Shown: positions 50,401 through 61,024 of the stretch, piece after piece
Numbering within the stretch: the stretch's first letter is position 1
Layout of the letters: the number at the start of each line of letters is the position of its first letter
NCBI RefSeq assembly: GCF_001949145.1
Contig: NW_019091357.1
Location: 3,868,228 to 3,932,227 of the forward strand
Length of the DNA stretch: 64,000 nt
Source: Acanthaster planci
Lineage: Eukaryota
Direction of reading: 5' to 3'
Notes under the pieces: model-generated
What the model was told of the DNA's origin: nothing
Seen by the model: only the letters and a program-made list of their open reading frames with translations
Database searches by the model: none
Translations under genes and position numbers: made by a program

Positions 50401-53400
50401 CATCCTCGGACTCAGAATAGACTCGACCACAACTCTGATAATGTTCAGCAGCACCGACAGCAATGCCAAACATAAACATTATGTTGAATGTGATGTTTCT
50501 AAAGCTAAGCAAAAGAATTGTTATGAAATGGTGCGGCCGTGAATAATCTGCTTCATATTTACATAGCTCAATGCCCAGAAGTGTATAAACGATTCTGCAC
50601 GGAAGCTACATGTTACCGCCATCTTGTCTTATTTGCATGGCTACGCTCTCAAATTAATTCAGAATTCAGATTTAAACTCAGAAGTTTGAAACTAAAAAGC
50701 TCAGCAAACTGCAACGATTTTCCCAACCTAAGCAAAGGGGTTTGCAACCAAAATCCCCCACTGTCGAATCGGAGGCCTTCTTCAAGCTAGAACATTATAG
50801 GCAACCCGTTCCTCAAACTCAGTAATAGCCAACAAAACGACAAGTAAATCTATTACAGAAATCTGTTGAAAGAAAAAGTGCTAACGGCTGGTTTCGTGTG
50901 ATCTGTCAACGCATTATGGTGACACAAAGAATGCACAGTATCAATTGTCTAGGCCGATGTTATTCAACACTAATTCCATAGTTTAAAAATAATCTTTAGG
51001 CTCTGGATTCACCAATATGCTATATAATACCGCGCAACGTTGGCAGTGCACCTGACACGGCTTACCTCGTCTCCCTCAGGTTCATACTTCCTCGCCCCAC
51101 AACGAAGTGGTTTCTTCAATTTCTCCGGTAGGCAGCAATACATGGCGTCGACCACTGGACACAGCAAGCGGGGGTCAACCTCCGAGGGCTTAGTATATCC
51201 TTCAAACATTGTTGGCAAACACAGCAACAACGTTACGTTGTACATATTAATGATTTCTTTTATACATTAATGAAGGGTTAAAGTCAATGTACTTGTTTTC
51301 TGTTAAGATGCAAGATCTGTCTCATTCAGAAGAGCAACATGCGTTGACCTGGGCAATACTGTTCAGCCTGCTACAGCTAAGAGCAAATCAGCAACAAGGG
51401 GCGGAGGTTCAATCAAATTTACTTCCTGAAGCCGCTGAAAAGGGTGGTATTATAATGAGGAGGTTACTCAAAAAATAAGTACCACAGTAACACGGACATG
51501 AGACTCATCGCAGACACGCTGCAAACAGAATGTGTACAATCTGCCTGGGATGTTCACGAGGAGAATGCTCATCCACTAGCAGCGTCCCTTAAAAGTTGCA
51601 ATTGTGGGGGGGGGCAAAGGAGACGGACTGTTTGCCTACCAGTCAAAAAACTTGTTAACAGTCCAGTGCCAATAACTGTCAGCCAGGCTATGGCACTGTA
51701 CCAGGCGTAGGAGACCGCGTAGAGTTGGGCTATGGCCGGCCTGGAGTAAAAGGAAGAGCCAAGAAAAATTGAATGGAAATACGAGTTCGTAACGGTGACT
51801 GACAAGCAAAGTATAGGCTGTGATATCAAGAGCGAAATGCCATTCTAGCATCATTGCAGTGCAGAGTTCATGACAGGTCTTCAAAAGATATCACAATCCT
51901 CTAAATGTCCACCAAAAGACACAAATCGATTCCTTTGTTGCCAATCCTCAGCAAAAGGTGTCAAATCTCTCCAAATGACTTGGGACTGCAAATTTGAGAT
52001 GGACTCGTTGGGGACCTGACTACCACACTACCCTACAGTCAGCGAGGACTGAAGAGAATGGATGGAATGGGTGACGATTAAGAAGAGTTTGCCCAACACC
52101 AAGTACCCACCTCTCAGTCGGCTCAGGCAGTGGGGTCGAGTAGTTCATCATGGTGGTGGGCATTTCCGTGGCCAAGACCCCGGTCGCATTCCAGGTCGCC
52201 TCGGTCGAGTTGAAGACCGGGCACTCGTCAACAGACAGCAGCGGCTTGTTCGGGTTGGCTGGTGGGTAGATCTGCGCGCCGATCCCGATCCAGAAAGTGA
52301 AGACCAGACCGCACACCAAGCCGGTGAGGGCACCCTGTTGAGAGAGAACACAAAATTGTGCTGAGCATGAGCGCCAGCTAGCCAAAAGGCAGAATTACAA
52401 CATGATGGTTTTGAAATATATGAAAGAATTACTAAACTTTTCGGTGTTTTGTCATCTACTGTCACGGTTTCCTGACAATTGAAAATGCTTCCTCTAATTC
52501 CTCTTGACACTGCAAAACCAGGGGTGTTTATACACCAACATCCACTTTTCAGCGGGGTTCAAATGTTCCTAGTTATTTCAATACTCTTAGTGTTACTTTG
52601 ACCACCCTCCAGTGCACTGTAGCACTTGTAGGTATGTAAAGTAACACCAGCAGTGTTAAAGGAACACATTGTGGTCACACACCACCGTTTTTACAGTGTA
52701 AATTGTGGTTATTCACATGCAGGGTTGTTGCTTGACCTTGTGAACAAAAACAAGGACCGTCCAACCATCACATTTAGGACAAGACCCGCCATCAACGTTA
52801 TAGGAAATGCTCACCTTCCTTCAGGCTAGCATGTCATTATGTCAACTTGACAGGTTTTAATCGTGTCGGTTCAGACAGCACATGATACTCACCGAACCAA
52901 ACAAATGCATTAGCGCGATTGCCTGTTATATGAAACTATAAACAGTACACAATTTTTTTTTCGATCATTTATTCCTACCTTTGAGTTAGCCCAGGGGAAA
53001 AATATCGCCAAGCTGAAGAGCCCGAGAAGAGGTCCGCCAACAATGCCAAAGATACTCAAGGCAGCCTGATAAATGAGAACCAGAAAGAGTAATAAATTAC
53101 ACGAAAAGAACAAGATGCTCACATTGGTAGAGTCAACTGCATTTCGCTCCGACGAGCACTTAACGGGTACAGCTGCAACGAAACGTTTCTCCAAAACACA
53201 CTTAATAACGTCTAATTTAACCTCTTTTGATTTTTTTATCACTATTCAAAGCGTTTTGGGATACCTTTCCTTGGTTTTTATGCTGATAAGATTTAGATAT
53301 TCATGAATAAAACTGGAATGTCATCTCCTGAAGAAGGCCTCAGTGTTACACAGGTTTTGTGCACAAAAACCTCTTGCGTTTTTGTGGACTTCATGGGGAC

Positions 53401-56400
53401 TTCATAAGGAAAAAAATTAAACTCCAACGGGGTTCCTACCTGGAGCACATCTCCGAGCAAAGATGCAATGAAGGCCATGCCGATACAAAGCAATCCATAT
53501 CCGGCAGCTAGGGGAAAAAAGACAAATAATGCACAAATAAATCAGCCGATTGGATAATCTACTATACTGCCTTAAAGAAATTGTAATTGTGGGTATCTCT
53601 TGAAACCTGCGAAAGGAATTCAAGATACCGGACCCCCCAAATCGAACTCTTTAAAAAGGTCAATTTTTATGAAAATATCATAAGTTAGAATGATGTCTAC
53701 AACTACTATATATGTGGTAATGGACGGACGCCAATTTTCGGGTCTTACACACTTAGTGGGAAGCATTTAGTTCATTGCTTTTACGTTTACTTAGTGCACC
53801 AAACCAAAACAAACCAATGGAGGAAATGTTTAAGGACACATACCCAGGCACTTGGTGATTTTGGTATACTTCTCTTCCTCAATGTTAGGCCGGATGGTCT
53901 TCACGATGTCCTCGCCAGTCACGGCGGCCAGCGAGTTCAGTCCAGACGACACAGTGCTGCACGGAACAACCAGACACAACAAACAAACTTGTGAACTCGC
54001 ATTTTGAAAACTTGAAATGCAATACATGCCACACTGAAATGTATACAGGATATTTTCTGTCGTTGTTTAGACACTGACTCCTCGATCCAAGCATGGATGG
54101 CGCTGTGAATTGTAGAGACATACCACATACACTTGTCGAATGCTATCTTTAACGAGGTTCTACTAAGGAAGCAAGCACCCACTATTTCCTATTATCACGA
54201 GTAACATAATGTATTCAAAAATCATAAAAACCTCAATCTCAAGTGTTTCTTTCTGCAGTACCTACGCCCCTTTTAAACGAAAACACATCGAAGAAAAGGT
54301 GTCGGTAAAGAGAGTTGCGAAAGCTGCTGAGAAGTATTTTTGTCCGGAATTGCGATTAACCTCTCACCTCAGCGCTGCACTGAAGACGGCCGACACCAAC
54401 AGGCCCGGCAGTCCGGGGCTCTCGTGGAAGAGGTCCATCAAGAAATACGGAACCAGCTGTCATTGTAGAAAAAAACAAAGCATAAAGATCACTGCACAAC
54501 TGTAACTACATGTATAAATCTGTGTTGATTTCTTGAACAAGATCGCCAGACTGGACAGTGTCCAGTGCGTCGGCACAGCCCTGCCTTTGATGATCTACGG
54601 GCACTAAGTCATGATGTGACTGAACTATTTTTAAGTAGCACGCATGTGGTGTCTGCGATTTCTTGTGAGATCAGCCAGTTATAACACAAGGACTAAACAG
54701 TCATAACTTTTCGTGACAAATGAGGTTCCAGCAGTTGGGAGCAACTTGCTCTTCCTTGAAAGAAGACAAAGCAACACCCACAACCGACACATAATGCAAC
54801 ATTGCAACACTTCCTTAGGTAGGTTTCAACAGAGTCCCCTGCCGTGTCTGTGCTTTCCAATTATACAGGTTCCCAACAGCAACAAGCTCAATATACCTGG
54901 TCGGTGGAGTCCACGTACTTGAGGGTGTAAGGATCGCATCCAGCGTAGTTGGCGTACATCACGAGGCCAGCCAAACAAGCCAGAGACACCACGATCACCA
55001 TCCCCACAACAGCCATGAACAAAGCTCTATGTAGGAGTCAGAGATATCACGGTTATAAGTACTGTACTTGTAATAATATGTCCTATATTCCTAAAGTGTA
55101 CTCCATGCAGATGTAGATTGAAATAGCCACTCACAATTTAAACAAGTGCAAGTTGGTAATACCTACTCTATTACATCTCCCTGATACATTTTACATAAGC
55201 AATGCATAACTTAAAACGGAAATAGAGAGGCTGAGCTTTGCATGCGTCAATAGAATGATTTTCCGTCTGTGACCTCACCATTTGTATGTTTAAACATACA
55301 AATAAGTATCAGTCCACAATCATCATATGAATTTTGACAGCACCATGTCCTTCTCAGGTCAATGTTATACCTCTGGTGTGTAGACAACTCCAAATCAATA
55401 AAGGAGAGCACTGAAATTCCCCAATCTGCGCCGCGAATATACTTACAACTGGGCCACTGGTTCCCTGCCGCAGGTGAGGTAGCGCTGGACTTGTGCCTGG
55501 TTGACGCAGTAGACGGCCGACCAGGTGAAGGTGCCGCCGACCACCACCGACCAGAAGGTGTGACGCACGGTGGGGTCTGGGTCGAAGCTGAGAAACAGAG
55601 GACGAAAAGAATGACAGTGGTTGTCAACTCAAAATGTCGGAAAGGTTTGCACCTCAAGAATCTGATGAATACTCATGACATGACAAGCTGGTTACTGAAG
55701 TCCCTCCAATAACTTTAATCGAGACCACGCTTTCTGCTCGATCTTGCAGCACGGAGACACTTTTTTGCGATGTAATGTCTTTCTGTCTACCATCACTTAT
55801 ACTGTGTAAATTTCCAGTCTGTTTTGTTTCGAAAAAATAAAAGAATCACTAATTGGGAAGATCAAGTATGACGCCAACAGCGATAAAATATTGAACCCGG
55901 AAATATATGAACGCACCTTTTCTTCAGTGTCCATCTTTCCCCTTGTTTGTCATGGAGGAGAGAATGAAGCTGTTTCTTTAGCACAATTCTTGACATTTAC
56001 CTTTTTTTACAAAAAGCCTTTTACATCAGCATGGCCACGCATATATTGGCACTCAGAAGTGCAACGCTCATACACAATGCATTTGAATCGGTTTAAAATT
56101 GTCTTCGAAAGAGTATCTTTGCGAGCAGAACATTAAAACTTGCTCCATGTTACAAGGAGAGTGGAACTATTAGAAATTTGACTTTCATGGTGTATTCACT
56201 TTAAAGGATTCTCTACCATCCAGAGTTTCGCTATTTTCTTCATCATTCGTTGGAACCTAGAAACGCAAATGCTTGGCAAAACGTCAAAGAAGTTCCTTGC
56301 TGACATACGGTACGATTCCTATTTTGTTTTCAATTACAGAACAACGGATAGTATTTCGTGATGTCATTTCATATATTAAAGAACCTTTACGCCCTTATTC

Positions 56401-58985
56401 AACCCGTTTCCAGAACTGGACTTCAGTATGGACTCGACAACAAACACTTCTTGACGTGTCCATCGTTTACAGGACCCTGCCGCAATTTCAGGAGGATTTC
56501 GGTATCAGGCGCCGACTGACTGACTGCCTGTTGACAAACCAAGCAGCAGGCTAGCAGATGTTTCCCGAAAGTATAGGTAACACGCCTGTGTCGTGGGACC
56601 CTGACTTCAATATATTATCCATTACAGTGACAAATGAGGTCGTGTTCCCTAATCCAGACGGCAAGACATTTCTCCCTTAAACTGTGCCAACACAGCTTAG
56701 TGAAACACTACGTTTATACCAATCGGGGGATGACTACAGAAAAATTTAGGCTACGGAATCATGGCTATGATGTTATGGACACTCTCAGATCACTCGCACA
56801 TATCCATTTACAACTCCAACCCTGAGACGAAACTTTCAAGGCTTATGTATGGTGACCTAAACTTTACAATGACAAGTTAGGTACATGCACTTTCTGACGA
56901 TCATTTTGACTGGCAGGATATTATCAAAACATTTAAACAATGCTGCACCGACAAGGAATTCGTACAAGAATGGATGTTGAAAGGAAATACACAAAAAATA
57001 CAGCTGCCATATTGACAAGCTGAATGCTACATTGTTGTGCCTTGGTTCAAAGTCAATTTAGAGATCGAAAGTTCGTTGGGCAAGCAAAAATGGCTTTATA
57101 CTTTTATTTGGGCGTCCTTAGTTCAATCAATGGCTCTCACGACCAACACGTGTTTTTGGCCCCAGTCTGATCACAGGAAAAAAATACGTCGCCGACCCTG
57201 TACGGCATTTCTACCAAGCTAAAATAAGATAATAATCTTATATAGGAGTTTCCGAGAGCAACCAAATGATTTTGTACTCACTTGTTTTCTGGACCGACCA
57301 ACCCTCCCTTAAAGTAAAAAAAATGACGGGCGCACTATAGGTAGGTAATTTATTTCAAGATGTACTTTGAGTCAGGGAGATGTTAATTTTTGCTTACTAA
57401 TATCTTTACCACTCGACCGCCGAGCTTGCCGGGGTCGCCTGCCCAGTCCGAGTCAGACGGAGCAGCGGGTACCGAAAGAGTTCGCAGTACCCGCCCAATA
57501 AAGCTTGTGGATTTTTCTCAAACTCTCCGACAAGCTCTGAGTATACAGTGTTTATACACGGGGTAAGGGCAAAACCTGTAATTAAAAATTAGGTTATATA
57601 TCAAACCTCAATTTGATTTCTCTCTTGGCATCGGGCTGCAACATACGAATACTGTGTAAAATGGAAACCAAAGATGGGAATCTTTTTTTTTCACTCCGTT
57701 TGAAAACTGTTCCGGGATCATAGACGAAGCTGAAGCAAAAACAAGAACTTTAAAAAGAGGAGGGCTCCTGATCGCCGTATCCAACTCACTTGAAGAAGTC
57801 GATTCGACCCCCTTCCTCGGCTATGTTCCAGACGTTTGTAATACCTCCCAAGCGCATGCTTCCTGCAATAATGAGGGCAAGGAAGCCGCTGATCATGATG
57901 CACACCTGGAAGACATCGGTCCACAGCACCGCCTTCATCCCACCCTGCCGTACAAAAAGAAACGGGGGACGGGGCACCAGACCAGTGAGCTTTCGTGAGA
58001 TTCGGGATAAAAGGGGTCATAAATATCTGCAGCAAGGAGTCTCCGATAATGACGGTATGGCCAAAGTCTATACGCTAGAGATCATATGTAAAGCACAACT
58101 CTACAAACATTACAAAGCTCGCACGAAGACAGGTATGTCGATGTGGTGACACGCACGGGACAGACCAACATGCTTAAGTTAATCGTAGTCTGAAGGGGGA
58201 ATTCAAACGCGACAGAGCCCCAAACTTACAATTGTCGTGTAGAAGGTGCACACGAGGCCGATGGCAACGACAGAGCCCCAGAGGTGAAGGCCAGTCACTA
58301 AGAAAGTAAAAAAAAAAACAAATTTGCAGACCATCGAACTGATTCAAACAACGGAGTGGTTGAAAAATGAGATCCTGAAATCTAAATGCAGTCAACTAAA
58401 ATATGTAAATGTACTTTAAAGCGGCTTGATTGCAACAGGTCAATCATGCTTTTCCTAGCGCTAGGGAATTACATCCAACAGCTGCCTTTACGGGACTTTG
58501 TGTTGGGATAAACCAAAGGTTTGCCTATAACTGACAAGAAAGTGCGCATCATACCCGCACTGAGAGCAAGCGCTGGTGCGTAGATCACTATACCCATGTA
58601 GATGATCTGGAAAAAAAAGAAAATCAAAATAGGGCCAATTTAAGTTTTGTAAAATCTTGTTTCACTAATGATAAGGGCGCTAATGAGCTATTTGATTCCA
58701 AAGAGGTTTACACACAGCGAACACTGAATGTTTTTCTGAGAAATAAAGCTTATGTATTTCCCCTTTTCTTTGAACAGTGAAGATGATTTTCTTTCTCGAC
58801 TCTGCATGTACATATATTTAATGGTCACCCAGTTCAACGTTGGAGGTAAACACGCACTGCAAATGTCAACATCCGAAACGGTCTTTCGAAAACATCTCAA
58901 CACAGGGCACCGAACTCACCATTTGAAGGAAGAAAGTCATCATGCCGCATATGCGTAGGACTTTGTTGAAACGTAGTTCCAAGTA
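47444..58985 (-). CDS. SLC5A8-like: Gene E: divergent sodium-coupled monocarboxylate transporter-like paralog, exons 2-15 (exon 1 not found in the window)
   Basis: Minus-strand exons 58985-58920, 58606-58555, 58297-58230, 57944-57790, 55587-55447, 55026-54897, 54456-54368, 53956-53844, 53507-53440, 53065-52979, 52334-52111, 51740-51640, 51199-51066, 47599-47444. Motifs: [44 protein letters not shown]; ends [16 protein letters not shown]. The terminal exon is assigned by phase, acceptor and TKL end rather than homology. Confidence 0.9.
47811..48000. repeat. Palindromic MITE-like element, copy 1 (gene E intron 14)
   Basis: Nested inverted arms (CAGAGC..AGAGAGTGGCG and GGAACCAAAATGG / CCATTTTGTTTCC); homologous to 49245-49432. 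Confidence 0.65.
48087..48229. mobile_element. Second copy of the 2401-2544 MITE family (gene E intron 14)
   Basis: Reverse complement of the right arm, GCCATATTTGTTTCACACGGATCTAGATCTCGATCAGTGAT, nearly matches the left arm of the 2401 element; ~40-bp imperfect TIRs. Confidence 0.7.
49245..49432. repeat. Palindromic MITE-like element, copy 2 (gene E intron 14)
   Basis: CAGAGC...AGAGTAGCG / CGCCACTCTCTCTATGAACAGCTCTG termini and GGAACGAAAATGG / CCATTTTGGTTCC inner arms; same orientation as copy 1. Confidence 0.65.
52508..52698. mobile_element. CACTG-ended MITE (CMC/EnSpm-like) in gene E intron 11
   Basis: Left end CACTGCAAAACCAGGGGTGT; reverse complement of right end CACTGTAAAAACGGTGGTGT. 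Confidence 0.6.
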
Positions 58986-59484
58986 CTAAATTTGAATCAA
59001 AGAAAGAAGGTCTTTGGTAAGCACACACACAATAGATTCACTGTAGATCTTCTTGTTGCTATTTGGTTAACCCAGGTTAACCCATGGTTTCACCCGCGCA
59101 AGCTTTCGCCAAGCCGGGTATCTTCAGAGCTGGCCGTGAACGGTTTTTTGAAAGTCTAGATGAAATGTCTGCATATTGTGTATATACTGCCAAAGAAAAA
59201 ATAGGCAAAATGTCTGGTATAGTAGTAATGCAGTCACCTTCCACAAGCACTTCGCCAGGACCAGTCATTGGCAACATGTGAAAGACAAAGATATGCAAAC
59301 ACAGTACAATTAAGCATTACCGGAATGAAGTATTTTATTATCACAACTTTTCCCCTGGGAGCTCAGATGCTATTTGGAGTGTTTCATTGGCCCAGTGAGC
59401 AGGGGTAATAATAATGGAAAGCGCTTTGATCAAAGTTAGTTAAAGGCGCTTTATAACCACTCTTGTTATTATTATTATTACAAA

Positions 59485-59700
59485 TAGGTCATTTGGGAGA
59501 CACTTTGTGGTAAATTTTTCAGCCTTAGGGAGACATTGGCCGAATTTGACTGTCCAAATTTTGAGAGATGATAGATTGGGACTAAAATGAAAACATGTAA
59601 AGTTTGGTTAAGATCAGATAAGCGAATATTGAATTATGGGACAGTACATTTGAAAAAAAATTTGTGCACGTTTTTATGGGAATGTCTCCCTAATGACCCA
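59485..59700. mobile_element. TIR-bounded MITE in the presumed gene E intron 1
   Basis: Left end TAGGTCATTTGGGAGACACT; reverse complement of right end TGGGTCATTAGGGAGACATT; TTA-rich flanks. Confidence 0.6.
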
Positions 59701-60492
59701 TTTTTGGTAAATATTATTTATTATTTCTGTTTGATTATTATTACTGCTGGTGCTTGTCATTTCTCTGTTACATCACACTGACTTACTGACCACGCACACA
59801 AGCATGAATTACACCCAATGAAAGAGCATGTTTAATTGAAAACATATCTATTTCTATTCTTTTTACATCGCTTGTGAGCTTCGTTTACCGTGTAGTGTAA
59901 GTCATTACTAAACCATTCATTCCCATTTACACTGCTAAACAAAGCTTTGAACGAAATGACTCAGTGTAAATCTAGATAGGGGTCTGGGCATTTTGTGGGC
60001 AGAGCAAATGTTTGAAGAGTATAGTTCCTTTCTAATGTAGGCATTAAGCAGCGCACATGTACATGTACATGTAGAAACGAGAAATGGCAAATTTGCTACT
60101 GTTCCTTGTTTTACAAACTAGAGCCTACTACTTTGCTTTTCACTGCCCGCAACTACAATTGCCAAACTGCATCACCGCGTGCTGTCAGGTTCGAATCTCA
60201 ATTTTGTAAAACAAAAAATAAATAGGCCTAAATGAAAATAAAATCCTCCTTATCATCGCAGATATATACAGTATATTATTCAATGCAGGTCTCGAATTTC
60301 AGTGACTCCATTCGGTGGCCAAGTTGTGGATACTATCCAGGGGCGTGTTTTGCAGTATTCGGGCATGCTTCGGGTCACGACATCGTGTACATGTACATGT
60401 TCTGTACTTATATGTACTTCAGAGTGGTACATGGTTGCCGCAGCGTATGAATGGGGTCGCAAATAGACCAGCAGCCCCATGGGGATAGTTTG

Positions 60493-61024
60493 CAAAAACT
60501 AATGGAGAAAATCACCGACGCGGGAGAGATTTCTGAAGATCGTTACCAACATGAAGGTTACACCTCTCAGTATTGGAAACTGCCTTGCAATACATGAATA
60601 TATTCTTCAACAGGAAAGTGATAAATGGACAACCATTGTTAACAGAGAACAACATGATTTCAGATGCTTAATTCTCCCATGGTAGATCTGCAGAAAAGGC
60701 AGCTGCCCCAGTACAGTGTACAAACCGTGGGAGCACGTACTTCACTGGTTAGCCCTGCAATGTTCAAGGTAATCGTCAAAGTCGAATTGTTCTTTGCAAA
60801 AGGCCTACAAATTCCAACCTTCCAATGTGACTAGCATGAATGTTGCTGACAGAAATGCACTCTTGACATCACTAACAAAAACTAATGGAGAAAATAACTG
60901 ACGCGAGACAGATTTCTGAAGATCGTTACCATACACTTCTCGGTATTGAAAGCTGCCATGCAATAAATGAATACGTTCTTCAACAGGAAAGTGATATATG
61001 GACAACTATTGTTAACAGAGAACA
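60493..61024 (+). repeat. ~155-bp direct repeat pair (60493-60651 and 60876-61024)
   Basis: Both copies read CAAAAACTAATGGAGAAAAT...GATTTCTGAAGATCGTTACCA...TTCTTCAACAGGAAAGTGATA...TTGTTAACAGAGAACA; copy 1 has a ~10-bp extra segment. Confidence 0.85.
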
